The notes: a model not told the origin generated them from the sequence alone. DNA of 62,228 bases, filler included, from Sluysia triapertura (GCA_046118255.1; 5 parts of 5 records of this genome joined end to end with filler, not necessarily neighbours in it); one strand, 5' to 3'; shown: positions 1 to 14,201, counted from the whole stretch's first letter. Translations and numbers: made by a program.

Positions 1-941
1 ATAAAGTGGAAAATAAATGCGAGAAAACGTTGCTTTGCATGTTTTGTTCATTATTTATTATTTATTATTTTAATAAATGCGTTTAAATAATGTTAAAATC
101 TAAAATTAAACTAACATTTTAAATAATGAATCAAAAGTTCTTTACTTTTTGTAAAAATAAATATTTATATTATAATCATTTACGATAATTTTCAATCTAC
201 AAAACCAAAGCTGTCCTAAATATCAAATTATTTCCACATAAAAGTACATTTTCAAATTTAATTTGTCATAAATTGTTTTTGATAATTCCATTAATTTATT
301 CAGGTATTCGACATTTTTTTATAAACGTCTTTCGATTTGTAAAACACTTAACCTACGTCAAAATATGTTTGAGTAGAGTTTGACTTACAACGTATAGTGG
401 GTGTTCCTGTAACTTGATAAGTTATTAATTATCAATAAATGCTTTAATTTTAATCTTAAAAATTCGGATTTAACCAATCAATTTAATGATTATTACAAAT
501 TATTGAGTGTCTTTGATTAATGCTTACTTAATGTGTTTATAAAAATCTAAACTTAAAACTAATAAAATCGCAATTTATAGTAAAACACAATTAACAATGT
601 GGGACTATTAAATAATATTAAAAGAACAGAATAGGTTAGAGACAAGGTAGTAATAAAATATTAAAATTAAAACCACTAAGGGTCTTATTTGTGTATGTAA
701 TAATTTTACGTGGATTTTAACCAATTCCTCCAAAATATCGAGGAAACTTGGCAAATATTTACTTAAAATAGAAATATTTGAGTGGATTTTATGATACTAA
801 TATTTTACTTTTATTACCTGCTTTAATAAAAATAAATAATGGAAAATATGAAACATAAACAGCTTCTGAACCAATATAAAATTGAATAAAATTTTGCTGG
901 ATAGAACCGAATAGAACCGAAACTGATAATTTTCAAAATGG

Positions 942-1075
942 CGATTCTCATTAAAGTGATGCTAGTTTATATACTAGTCATCAGCCAAGGAAAATCGGTG
1001 GAATGTTCTATAACATTCTAGAAGCTTCTGTCCTATTTTTAGAAGCGAATTTTCTTTCTTTTTCGAAAAATAATT
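942..1075 (-). repeat. Dispersed repeat carrying a heat-shock element, copy 1
   Basis: Collinear with the reverse complement of 37310-37428 (gattct..tgatgctagt..ctagtca..ttctagaa..tctttttcgaaaa). Confidence 0.65.
1000..1029. promoter_or_regulatory. Heat-shock element, six alternating nGAAn units
   Basis: GAA tg TTC ta TAA ca TTC ta GAA gc TTC; one mismatch to the nGAAnnTTCn consensus. Confidence 0.7.
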
Positions 1076-3210
1076 TCTTTTTTGGAAAATAAATTTTTTT
1101 GAAAAATAAGTTTCCTTTCTGAAAAATAATTAATTTTAAAAGTAATTATAAAGAATAATAAATGGTTTTACACATGTTTTTAATTAAATTTTTGATAGTT
1201 TAAAATAGTTTTAAATAATTTTGAAGGGTTATTATGATATTTTGAAATTATTTTGTAGGGCTGAATGAATTTAATTAGGTTCTGAAACTGAACCTTCTAA
1301 GATTTAAATTAGTTATTTTAATAAGGTTCCAAACTGAACCTTAAGAGTTTCATGAGATATTAAGTGAAAAAGGAATCGAAATTAAAATGACTTTTATTAA
1401 TTAAATATGTACAATTCTAATAACAGATAAAAAAATGTGAGTATGGGATTAATTTATAATTAATTAATCCTATCTTTATATTTTAAATGAAATAATTAAA
1501 TTGGCTACTTTTAAATAATAGCGTTAATCAAGTCAAAATTTTGAGTACAAATTTACACACTCAATATTACAAATTGATAAGAAACTAAAGATAATTTCTT
1601 AACAATCGTTCTGTAGAATAAATTGTGCGAAAGATTAAAAATATGTTGGTGTTTTCGACGTTGAAAAGGAGACTAACGTGTAAGAATAGTGTCAAGAATT
1701 GCCAGATAATGTTTAACTTATGAAAGATGAAGCTTGACCTTGAGTTCAAAACGATTAAACAAATAATAAAAAAATTTAACTAAAATAACTTTAACAATAA
1801 TAAATATTATATTCCCTTAAAGAAAATAAAAAATACTTGTTTATTATAATACATTTTATATTGATGATTTTAATTAAATAAAATATTTATTATTAAATAT
1901 TTAAAAAATACTCAGAAAATACTCACTTATTTAATTTTGCTTCCAAAAATACAATTAATTAACATACAATTAAATACATTTATAAGTATCGAAATTTACT
2001 AAAATATTCATTTATTTGAATGTTAGTAGATTTAGAATAACAAAATACGTTGTTAAAAATAGTTGAGTCATCAAATTAGAAAATTTAAGAATATGCATAC
2101 CAATGTAATTGTTAAACTTTAATCTAACAATACTTTGAGGATACTAACTATCCCAATAAACACAAATATGTCTGTCAGCATGCCCATTCAGTTCTTATTT
2201 GCATTTTTAAGAATGAGGATCCAGAAGCAATGATGTCAGAACAAGTGTCATTATAGAGACTACTATTCGCCGATGGAAATGAATAGTAGCGAAGATAACA
2301 TAAAATGACATAAAAGAAAAAATTACATTTGTCGTTTTTGATATCTAATTTTTATTTAAGTTTGCGGTTCGATTACTTTATTTTTTTTCTCTGATTTTCA
2401 TTCACGTCAAATGTTATTTCCTATCAATTTCAAATTCCGAAATACACTCGTTAAAATATTTAAAGCTTTGAACTGGATTTATTTCAACCAAGATTAATAC
2501 AGTATCTAAATATGTTATATTGCAGAGAGTAGATCTCTCTTTGCCATTGAAGCATCCATAATTAAATTTAACACAGTTATATCATTTTTACATTGGTAAC
2601 ATAATTTTAATATCAACTTTATTGAAAATTGAAATATCCAATCGCAAAGTTAAAACAAAAATATAGAATGCTATCTTTATGATAGCACTTTATTTATTGA
2701 TAATAGGTTTTATATTTCTCATATAATGTCATGTGATTTAAAAATTGTATCACATATAGGTACATTATTTATGGAATAAACGAATATTAAATAGATTAGT
2801 AATAATAATAATTTGTGTAGGTGGTACAAACATAATACAATATTGTATTATATTATAAAATAGAAAGTACAAAAGGAAGCTAACAAGTTTAACTTAAATT
2901 ATATATAACACATGATTATAAAGAAATGAAATGTGGGTGTTTATCTACGTGTATGTTTATTAAAATTTTGTCAGTTTAAGAGAAAATTTGTAAGGTGAAA
3001 GAAAAATGAAACAATTAGCATAAAAGATGTAAACAAAGAATAAAAAGTAAAAGAATAGAGAGATAGTAAAAGATAAAACCACACAATCTAATCATTTAAA
3101 AGAATTGAAACTATTATTTATTAGAAACTAATCTATTGAATTAGACTTCCTTTCTGTTTACAATCTACTTATTTATTGGTATTAATATTCTTAATATAAT
3201 ACTTAATACA

Positions 3211-3212
<2 letters not shown>

Positions 3213-3265
<53 letters not shown>

Positions 3266-3299
3266 ATAATAGTAATAATAATAGTAGTAGTAGTAGTAA
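3213..3299. repeat. (AAT)n/(AGT)n microsatellite
   Basis: Direct read. Confidence 0.95.
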
Positions 3300-4059
3300 C
3301 ATTGCAATAAAGTAAAAACATCATTTTAAATAAATTAAAATCATCTCAGAAATTTTAAAATAAATCAGAAAAGGTCCTAAAATAAAAAAAATGAAGGAAA
3401 ATATAAATGGAACGTAAATTAAAAAGTATTTGAATAAAACAGTAGCAACATAAGATCAAAAAATACTAAAAAATAAAGACAAAGAAATAACTAAAAAGTA
3501 AATAAATATGAATGTATGTGTAAACCAAAATATGGTTAAACATATATAAATTAAATAATGTAAACATTAAATTTGTTGCAATGTTAAAATGTAAAATAAG
3601 ATGAACAATACAATAAACTATAAAATCGTTATTATAGTGTGGAACTAAAAAAATTAATTGGCTTAATATAAATAAAACATAAAATAGTATAAAATGACTT
3701 CAAGAAATAAATGAACTGTACAAAAATAGAAATGAAATAATTTTCTGCTGGGACATAAACTAGAAATATTTTATCGGTTTACAGTATTGCATTATAAGCG
3801 AAAAGTAACTCATCAGTTTATTATACCACAATATATAGTAGTAAATTATCGACCTTTTCTGATATCGATCTAAAAGTAACATGTAGGTTTATTGTACGAT
3901 ATTATTTCAAAATAATGCAAAATTAATTAAATTATTTTAATTAATTATTAAATTATTAAAATAATTAATATACTGTTTAACACTAAATGTACTAGTACTT
4001 TTAAATTCCTAATTTTTTAAAATATATAATTTGCAACATAGTTTCTGATTTCTAATTTC

Positions 4060-4700
4060 TCCTTCTACATTTTCCGCAGGCAAGTTGTTCTGTTGCTGCG
4101 TACAATCTTATTTGATATTTTTTTCGTGACTGCGAATTATTGTTGGAGCTGCTTGATGTTGCTTCTTACTGGTTTTCCTTTTCTTCACGAAATTCGAGTA
4201 ATTTTAACAAATAACGTTGCTTTGATATCTTCAACTAAATTGTTTCTTGATGAAATAGCCATGCACCTATTTTCGCATCATTAGATCAACTATATCGACG
4301 CAAAATTTAGTTTTATTATAATAAGTGATTGTTTCATGTGTTTTCTTTCTGTTGCTTTTGGATTTATGTTTGTTACCTAGTATTATAACCTTTTTTGGGT
4401 TTTGATTTATAAATTGTCAACGCACAATCATTTGATTTATATGTTACTGTAAAAAAATGATTCAAATAATCTTTGTTGTTTTCGAAAGTGCAGATAGTCC
4501 TTTTTGCCAACAATTTTGCAGCCAGAGATGCAGTGGTGAAAATGATATCCGTGGTAATATTCCTCCCACAGTTGGTGAAAAGTTTGGCTAATTTCATGGT
4601 ATTGACGCCGGTCTTGTTAATCCCGTCCTAAGTATGGCAACGTAAGATCGGTAACTACGATAAATCCAGAAATTTAATAAGATATAAGAATTTGCAGAAA
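4060..4700 (-). pseudogene. piggyBac transposase remnant
   Basis: Across frameshifts and stops: LPYLGRD, GRNITTDIIFTTASLAAKLLAKR (cf. GRNITxDNFFTS) and TITYYNKTKFCVDIVDLM (cf. YNKTKGGVDxxDQM), ending in CGKCRR. Confidence 0.85.
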
Positions 4701-4804
4701 GTCAAATGAGCAAAAAATAGCAATGAATCTACTGTAAAATAATACGTTGTAAAGACAATAACTTTTAAATAATTTTGTACAAGTCACATTTGCACATAAT
4801 TACT

Positions 4805-4807
<3 letters not shown>

Positions 4808-4867
<60 letters not shown>
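4808..4867. repeat. (ATT)n microsatellite
   Basis: Direct read. Confidence 0.95.
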
Positions 4868-4869
<2 letters not shown>

Positions 4870-5680
4870 AGAAAATTATTTCGATAATTAAAATAAATGC
4901 CATAGTGCAAGTTGAGTAATTATTTGAAAATAATTATTTTAATTGCCTTAATCATAGCAATTGTTTTATTTTACAAATATAATTGTTGCAAAAGAGTATA
5001 AAAAGAGCAAAATCAATTACAACGTCAACGAGAACTTAATTGCGATAATTTTTTAACGACTCACTTGGCCTTTTCAGATCCTCACGCGGAATATTATTAT
5101 ACATTTAGGCTCGAAATTATTGATAAACGTTACGAACTTTTGGCAATAATTTATTTCGCTCTCCTTTAAATGCGTAAGATTATATATTTTTAAGTTTTCC
5201 CCCTTTTTTAAAGAAAGGGTCAAACACAGACACAAACTCATTTACTTTTTCAAGAAATTTTAAAGGTAGTTTTATAAAATCTATTTATTCGAATACTTAC
5301 ATAAATTACTATTTGTAATTTAATTTTTATTGCATTGTTAGGTTACATATACTACATTTAATAAACCACAAATTGTTTCTTTTTGTTATTATCGTTATTA
5401 TTTTTGTAGAGAATTTTGTAGAGTTTACAATAAATTCATAAGATATAAACAAGTTACATATGATATAAAATGAATTAGGAGCTATCTGCGTTTTGTAGCT
5501 AATAGTTTTCTCTTAAAATCATATAGACCCGTCATTTCTTAGGAAATATAAATCTGTAACTATCTTAAGAAATCATTTTGCAAAGTGTTAAGAGTTAAGT
5601 AAATTAATAATAAAGCAAGTTATTCTTACACTTTTATAGAAACAAGACAATTGCACTACGATTTTAAAGTACATTTTGAA

Positions 5681-5720
5681 AGGGGTCATATGATCCCGGT
5701 TGGTACGTTTAATGATAATT
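5681..5720 (-). mobile_element. Possible degenerate piggyBac 5' terminus
   Basis: Near-palindrome GGGTCATATGATCC followed by ggttggtacgtttaatgataa, resembling piggyBac terminal sequence; lies upstream of the minus-strand transposase remnant. Confidence 0.35.
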
Positions 5721-6143
5721 GCATAATCATTAACCTTTTATTAATAGATTATTTATTCACGAATTAAGTCTTGCATCTTTTATGTTGTAGCATTTAGTTG
5801 TAGACGCATTATACTACTATATTATTTACTCAATAATAGCTAAATAGACTTCAGAGTATTTCAGTTATTTAATTTTACCGAGGTACAATTTGGGAAATCG
5901 TTTTGATTGAGTTTTCAACTGAATTTAAAAACACATTTCGATTACAGACAAGTAAAACTAATTTACAAGTTAAATATCACATGAGTGATTGTAAGTGAAA
6001 ATGATCCAGTTTAATTGATATAATGTATAAAGCGTACTTACACAAGTCGATCAAAGCTTAAAATTAAATGTAACACATTTTAGAAAGAAAGTAGTCAGTT
6101 ATAAAAGAGTACTATTCATTACAATGTAAGAAATTTTTGATGT

Positions 6144-6176
<33 letters not shown>

Positions 6177-9100
6177 TTGTACATATTCGAATTCGTTGTA
6201 CATTTAATCGTATTTACAAATATAATAAAAAATTTCCTTTCGTAAAATATCATGATAAAGTCAAACAGTTTATTTATGGTTATAAAAATTCGTTGGATTA
6301 ATTTTCTATATTATAAAAAGTTTATATTGTTGTACAAATAAAATAAAATTAAGCTTTGTAAATTTTAATAAACATATTCAAAATTCGACATTATCCTATA
6401 AGTTTTCCGTTGGTTCATTATTATTAAATAAGTTTCGATACCAACTTCGAATAGAGTAATGTATAAATTTCCATTAAAAGTCTAATAGCGTTTAAGTGAT
6501 TTGTCTTTATTTTAAATATAATTCATCTGTGTAATTGATTTGATAATATGAATTAAAATAGACAGCATATTTTTTATTTTTTATTTCATAATATTCGGAA
6601 CATCCTATTAGTGACTATTTTGTATTGGGGATGCACGATAAATAGAGTTACTGATTTGTGCATTTCAAAGGTGCATGTACTATTTCGTTTTACTAGTTAT
6701 TTAGTACGTATTTAAAAACTGTTTCCGTTGAATATTCTTATTTCTATAGGGTGATCAAAATGTCAAAAGTCACAAAGTAATTTTCACTGAAACTATTAAT
6801 AGTACTCACTGCAAAGAAATAATCATTGGCGACGGTATAAAAATCCTCACTAAAATTTTTTAACACTGAACTGAATAAAACGGTTCTTTATTATCCAATC
6901 ATATAGTGCACACACATGTATGTTTATGACAACAATTCTTCTTTTTATTGTTTTATTTAATCATAATTTCAGTTTTTATACGATGTTGCTTGAAATTCCA
7001 AATAACGTGGATTCATTTCCTCCTGCAACGGTGTTTAGAGATTAAATTATCTTTTGCAACATTTGGCTTCTAATACTTGATTTTACTGTTAGGTTTATGA
7101 AGTAAATGAAGCGGTGTTTTATGACCACACTTGACTTAAAAATACAATAGAAATGAATGCATCAGGTAAAATGACATTACAATCTAAACTTCAAAGTAAA
7201 ACGTAAAATTAAAATCCAAAATTAAAATTTGGCAATACTTTCGTTAAAACTTTATAATCAAAGTTCAATGAAAATAATAAATTGCTGCAATATTCAGAAA
7301 AGACAATTTTGAACTCTTAGCTATGTGAAGCCTTATTTCTTGACAAAAATCATTTTAATATTGTCTATTTATCAAAATTATATATTGTAATCATTAATAA
7401 GTTATAACAATAAATAATGACACAAATCGTGCAATATAACTATAAATAACAATAATTATATGAAAACATAAAATTAGTATTTAAGATGTGATTTGAAATA
7501 TTAAAATTTTTTCTAAATAAATTTGGAACTGTAATAATAATCTTGAGTTATTGCTTTATATAAAAATTAGACACTAAGCTTAGTCTCCGCTTCCTAATCA
7601 TTCGTATTCTCTATAAAACTTTTACTTCTAATTCTTTAAATTTATTCTCATTTATATTTCTAATCAGCAATTTAATAATTTAAACTGTCACAAAACTTTG
7701 AGTAATATCAAATAATAATTTAAAACGGTCTTTATCTGTAAAGTTGCGAATTAAAATCAGTATTCACCCAGAAGTCCGAATTTATACAATCGTCGAATTC
7801 GAGAGCCCTGCATAATGTTCACAACAAAAAACCTTAATGCTCAGCCTTAAAATCAGCCCGATAAAATCTGAGCGAATAATAATAAATAAAATTATTGTGA
7901 AGTTTACAGTGAAAAACACGTTACGTAGTCTTTTTCACGGATATTACATTATAGCCAAAAATTTTCTCCATTCCATTCTATAATAATTTTTCCACAATCA
8001 ATTTCTCCCTATAGTTAATTTCATCTTACAACCAATTTCATTCTTTAATCTTATTCTATAATAATCAATTTTATAATTCTGGCAATATTTCATCCGCTTT
8101 ATTTATTTGTTATTTATTCTACATTATAGCATCTACTTTGTTTTGATTCACGTTTCTGCACCTCTTTAGTTATCTTGTTTAGTTCCATTAAATAAATTCA
8201 GGAAAATAAATATCTAACATCTAAATTTAGATGGGTTTATATATTTTTAATGGTAGTATACGTTTGAAAATAATCCCATCGTAATACAATTAAAATATGT
8301 TAAATATAAAACAATTTTAATAAAATTATTAATATGAATTTATTAATAAAGTTAATAATAAATTATTTATAATGTATTCAAATTCTAATAAATGGATGTA
8401 AGTTTAAAATTAAAAAGTTAGTATGGTCAAAAAATAACTCGATTATTAGGCGAGAGTCATAAGTATACGTGAAGTATGACCTAGAAGTTTTATTGCTGCT
8501 CATAAGGAAGATCGATCTACTTCGAAAATCTAGGTATATTTTTCTTAGAAAAGTGTGTTTCGTGAACAAAGACACTTCACATGTAACAATTAAAAATTTT
8601 CTAAATATAAATATAAACATAGATGTCCAAATAGATATCCAATTTTATTTCTATAAAATAAAGAAGGATAATTTTTGCAAGTTAATGTTGAAATATAATG
8701 TTGCGGTTCATTATATTTTCGTATGAATTTAGATCAACTTGCTTGTTATAAAACTGGTATGAAGAAACTGTATTAAGTACACAAATTGGGTGGAAAATCT
8801 TTGATAATGGGTTACGTTGATACAGAAAGATTAAAAAGAATAGCAAAGCCTAATAAGATGAAATCTTTAGATTATCCATATTTACTAAGAAAGTACACTA
8901 CTACTTAAATGTTTTCAACGTGATTATTAATTATTTAGGTTGGTTACCATATGAAGCAGTTGAAAGTATAAATGATCATTCATACAAAGTTTGTGTAATT
9001 TAATATTTCAAGAGCCTGTATAAAATGTTTTTGAAAATTTGTTTATTATTTCTTTTATTGAACATCATTTCACATGTTTTAATTGTATATTATACTTATT

Positions 9101-9528
9101 TTACTTGCATATATTATTGAAAGTATATTATCTAATATTGTCTAATTTTATGAAATATTGATGGTAGAGAATAACTCAATAATTCAATAATTTATGCAGA
9201 AATCAGATATCGTATTAGCGGAATCCACATGGACCTCTGACTGTATATAATCGAATTATGTTTAGTTTAGTTTGTGAATTCCACTTAACTCATTATTGAA
9301 AGTCTGAAATAATATCTGCACTTTTTCTGTCAAAGAGCTTTTTTGTGTAAAGATAATGTTTGAAAACAAATGATGTTAATAATAATAATAATGATTATAA
9401 TAACGTGTCAATTGAATTTACAATTAAACAAAACATCTAGCAACGTTGATTAACTAAATAAGAATTTAGAATTTGAAATTAACCCACATAAATGCATTAA
9501 TTAAATTTGGCATAAATTAAAAAAAATA

Positions 9529-9651
9529 CACCTATCCCCCGATTTACACGGTAGATACGTTCCTGTGAAAAACGTAAAAAACTTATTTGGAAAAACGATA
9601 AAAACAAAAAAAAAACTTGTTTGGAAAACCGTGTAAATCGGGGGATAGGTG
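9529..9651. mobile_element. 123-bp MITE of Tc1/mariner-pogo type
   Basis: Perfect 24-bp TIR CACCTATCCCCCGATTTACACGGT (9529-9552 / 9628-9651), flanked by TA on both sides. Confidence 0.92.
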
Positions 9652-10669
9652 TAATTGAAATTTAAAATATTTGAAAAATTAAAATTAATTTTAATCTTGA
9701 TTTAATTATAAATTAAACAGCTGTCACCAAAAGTTGTATAAAAGTAACAAATTTGATAACAATTAAAATTTTTTAAATCTTATTTGAAAATAAGCGTCGT
9801 CGAAGGAAGGAAAAATTTGGTTAAAGTTAAAATAGTAACGAGAACACACATTATACAAAGGAACAAAATTGTAAGATGTCGAGCGACATATCAATAAATT
9901 GGAAATTATAATTCAGCTAACATTAAACATATCTATTTGTCGATTTTTTGAAAATAAACTAAATTAAAATCGTTTTATCGGTACCGTTTAATAAGAAATC
10001 ATTATAAACTAATAATTGTCAGCAAGTTCTCTTTAACAAGAACCTTACTAAAATTTTTGCTTATTTCAATTATAGATTCTAATCACTAAAGAACCTCAGT
10101 AAAATCTCATTGAATTGCAATAAAATTTGTAAAGGAAAACACCAATTAATAGATAAAACCCCATTAATTTATCGACAGAATTCTATTATTCAAGGTTTTA
10201 TAAGGAAGAGTGATAAGTAAATTAATAATAAAATACAATTCATTAAGGATTAAGCTTAACCACACTTACGTCTACGTCCAGTAAGTTTACTTTACCATTT
10301 TTCTTTAGAAATCTTACGGACTAGCCGTAACTCGTAAGAGTAGGATTGTAGTCGGACTTAATTTTTAAAAAATATTTTATAAAGGTCAAATAAAACTCAA
10401 ACATAAAGCATAGAACAAGAGTTTTCAGCATGTGGATTCAAATTTCGCTAGTCAAATATCAATTGAAACAGGTTTAAAACGATACCTATTTTAATTTAAA
10501 ACCAAAAAACATAGTTTCTCAAGAATTTGGTATTACTTTGTTTATAAGAATAGTTCATAGTTTAATATTCTAATTAATCATTCAATTATTGATGTTGATA
10601 TATCACATGATAAACATTATTTTTTAGAATTAAATGTTAATTTCATATGAAATCATTAATTAATTGATT

Positions 10670-10674
10670 ATTAC

Positions 10675-10737
<63 letters not shown>
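10670..10737. repeat. (ATT)n microsatellite
   Basis: Direct read. Confidence 0.95.
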
Positions 10738-10882
10738 GTACAAATTATGTAACATGTTTATTATATTCAAGATATGATACTAGTGATTTGTTTTACAATA
10801 ATATCAGTCAAGATTAACATTTCGGTAAATCGATTAATATTAAATTTATTTCAGCTAAACACGATATGAAACATAGAATAAC

Positions 10883-10982
10883 NNNNNNNNNNNNNNNNNN
10901 NNNNNNNNNNNNNNNNNNNNNNNNNNTTAATTAATTAANNNNNNNNNNNNNNNNNNNNNNNNNNNNNNNNNNNNNNNNNNNN
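10883..10982. other. Artificial contig linker N44-TTAATTAATTAA-N44
   Basis: The same 100-nt construct occurs four times; the 12-mer gives stops in all six frames. Confidence 0.97.
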
Positions 10983-12045
10983 CATAATAAAATTAAATTC
11001 AGTATACTAACTATTGAAACTAGTAAGATTTTAACTAAATAAGACTTTAATAGCGAATTGGATATTTGATAAGCTTTAAAGACGCAACACTTCTTACATT
11101 AAAATAACAATTATAATTATTATTAATTTACTTTAAAATGATGAATTTAACTTTACTTTTACAGTTTAATTAATTTTCAATTCCTCAAACTCAATTTTTT
11201 ATTGGAAAATGTTTAAGGTTCTCATTCCCAAACAAACCATTTCACAAATACTTCAACCTCATTTTCGATTCTCCTATTTCATAGCAATCCTTCCATACTC
11301 AATTCATCATCTCTTTATTATTCTAAATATGAATATTTCAATATTTTTAATTAAAAAATTAATTTAAATTCGACTTTGCTCAATATGGAGGCTTTCCTCT
11401 AATGAATTCAGTCAAACCTTATTTTTATTTTAAAACACATACACACACAATTACAATTTTAAAATAGCAATCTCATTCAAAATTTATTCACAGAAACGTA
11501 ATTTTTCTTAATTAATTTAATTAAGATTTTAATTAATTATTTATTTATTTTAACTTATTTTATTCTATGTTTAGAGGATTTTTTTATGTTTATAAAGTTG
11601 TCAAATACTTTACAAGGTACTCACCTCTACCACTCTGATTCCTTTTTCTACTTTTTTATTTCAATTATTAATGTATTAAATTTATCTTTGATATTACGAA
11701 CCATGATTTTAATTCTTGAACATTTCAAAGGTTCCAAACTTTTTACAAGGTTGTTCGAAGGTCTCAAAAGTTTATTAAGGTCTTAAATGCCTTCAAAGAC
11801 TCCGAAAGACCAACAGGGTCCCAGGGTTCCGAAGTTCAAAGGTATCTTTCCAAACTTTACTCAAGTCTTCGCAAGGGTCTCAATACCATACAAATATCTT
11901 TGGAACGACAAGGTATTCTTCAGTTTCAAAATGATTATAAACATTTTACTGTTAATTATTCATGCTCTAGAAATATTTAATTATGTTTATATTATCGTAT
12001 TTCAGATATTTTATATCATTTTTTCTTATATATTTTAAATTCTAT

Positions 12046-12203
12046 TGTTGGGGTAAAAGGCCTAAAAAGTGCCAAGTAGTATAATTCAATATATTAAAAA
12101 TAAAATTGTTAGACGGGGCTGATAGCTCAGTGGTAGAGCGTCGACTGCGCAGACAGAGGTCACCGGTTCGATCCCCGGTCAGTCCATTTTATGAAGTCTA
12201 ACA
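12046..12203 (+). mobile_element. tRNA-containing TGTT...AACA mini-element (solo-LTR-like), copy 1
   Basis: Starts tgttggggtaaaaggcctaaa and ends gtctaaca. tRNA-like 12116-12186 with A box TAGCTCAGTGG, B box GGTTCGATCC and TTTT. Flanks ctat/ccat (3 of 4). Confidence 0.8.
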
Positions 12204-12426
12204 CCATACACTAACTGGACAATCCCAACGTAATATTCTTTCATAGACTTATAAATCTGTTGTTTTGATAGATTGAGAACCTACAGTATTAATTAGAAAA
12301 CAAAATAGTTAAAAACTTTATAATTCAAAAAGGAAATATAAAGAAAGTTTTTATAATTGAAAGAATTTAGAAAAGTGAAAGTTAAATAACTTTAGATTAA
12401 AATAGTTGTCATAGAGATGTTGCGTT

Positions 12427-12427
12427 A

Positions 12428-12496
<69 letters not shown>
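12427..12496. repeat. (AAT)n microsatellite
   Basis: Direct read. Confidence 0.95.
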
Positions 12497-12497
<1 letters not shown>

Positions 12498-12659
12498 TAA
12501 GGATAAATCCTAAGGACGATTAAGGAAATATAGTATAAATGATTCAGTTTTATTGCATTGATTAAGTTATTAGGAAATTGTCAGTATTTGTTATATTAAG
12601 AAGACAGAAAAAAAATAAAAAACTGAGAGATCTTAAGGTGAATTCACTCCAATAAGTTA

Positions 12660-12818
12660 TGTTGAAGTAAAAAAAAGCCTAAAGTGCCATTTAGTACAAA
12701 TGAATATAATGAAATAAAATTGTTAGATGGTGCTGATAGCTCAGTGGTAGAGCAATGGAACTGCACAGCGATGGTCCCGGGTTCGATCCACGGTCAGTCC
12801 ATTTTACGAAATTTAACA
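12660..12818 (+). mobile_element. tRNA-containing mini-element, copy 2 (more decayed)
   Basis: tgttgaagtaaaaaaaagcctaaagtgcc...gctgatagctcagtggtagagc...gggttcgatcc..cagtccatttt..aaca. No clear TSD. Confidence 0.75.
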
Positions 12819-13362
12819 ATGAAAATATTTATAACAAATTATATTATTGCAAATCTCGCAGTTTTAATTTCTTCCAAATTGCATGTTAATTGTCACTTTT
12901 GGTAATTTTCTATTGTTATCTCGCACCAGAAGTGTTTACAGGATGGTATTTCTCTCCTCCTCACTTCTTTACTCTACTCCAGAACGTTTGATTTCCATGA
13001 TTTAAAGTTATTTGGTCTGAAAAGAAAGTAGCAGCGAGTTATTTTGGCACAGCCAAAAATTACAAATTTCAGAAATTGCTAGTTATTTATAAAATTATTA
13101 TCAATGAACAATTACTTCTCAAAAATTATTTTATGAATCTATTGCTCATAAACAAATGTTAAATGAGACAATCATTTTTTGAACAAAGGCATTACATTTT
13201 TTTGTAAAATCCAACACCTTTATTCTAAAATTTTAATCATTATTATAGGTAAATTTTTGAGTATTCAAGTTAACTTTAAGTTAAGAGACCATGTTGCTAA
13301 GTTTAATTCGAATGATTGTGTTTAAATAATATGAATTATTTTTTAAAAATTTCACCTTAATC

Positions 13363-14201
13363 ATGTTGAACAGTTTAAAAATACCTGAATTTTTATTGAA
13401 ATTAAAAAAGTTGGTTGATTCACCAGAAACAGATCACTTGATAAGATGGAGTGAAGTAGATATATTAATAGTCATTTTATCATAAGTTTAGAATGGAGAA
13501 AGTTTTCTTATTAATGATGGACAAGCTTTAGCTAAAGAGTATTTTCCGTTATTATTCAAACATAAGAATGTTTTTAGTTTCGTCAGACAGCTAAACATGT
13601 GTACGTTTCTATATTATTACAATATTTATGTTTCTAATTAGACGGTTTTCATAAAATCAATAGGGTTGATTTCGGTACGAATAGAAATAATTTTGATGAT
13701 TCAGAATGGAGTCATCGCTATTTCAGACGCGGAAGATTGGATTTAATTAAACGAATTCAGCGCAAAACATCTTCACTAAATGAAATAGTTATTAGTAATA
13801 TATCAGATAAAGATGCAAATGAAACTTTAAATTGCAAATTAAATATAATGAGATCGACAATTAATGCATTGAAAGAACGTGACATGGAAAATAAAAGTCG
13901 GCTAAGTCATTTAGAATTGAAGAACTCAGAATTAAGAAATACAATTTCTCACATACAATACCTTGTGGATTACAATAAAAACATGTTAAATAATGTTAGT
14001 TAATTTTGATTAAAAATAAAACAAACAATTTAAATTTTAATGTAATTTTTTATTTAGCTTTTCAAATCTAATTTATATTCCCCATCGATCCTTGTAAATC
14101 AGTTTAAAGATAAGTTTCAGTTATCTTTACCAGGTTGTAGCAGTCCAACTACGATTGATATACGAAATAATAAAAGTATAGAATACATTACTCATCGGTG
14201 A
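13363..14201 (+). CDS. HSF: Heat shock transcription factor (HSF DNA-binding domain plus heptad repeat), about 232 aa, 4 exons: 13363-13455, 13492-13600, 13642-13994, 14058-14201
   Basis: Spliced translation MLNSLKIPEFLLKLKKLVDSPETDHLIRWSE/NGESFLIND...FKHKNVFSFVRQLNMY/GFHKI...EWSHRYFRRGRLDLIKRIQRK, then a coiled coil. GT-AG introns of 36, 41 and 63 nt keep frame. A donor at 14198 could add a short fifth exon ending at 14303. Confidence 0.93.

Noticed and set aside
6590-9000. Small exon-like pieces with GT/AG ends (about 6730-6835, 7093-7165, 8723-8990)
   Set aside because: In-frame stops and no recognisable domain; could not build a gene model.
10927-10938. TTAATTAATTAA as a biological motif
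   Set aside because: It is always centred in N44 runs, so it is an assembly spacer.
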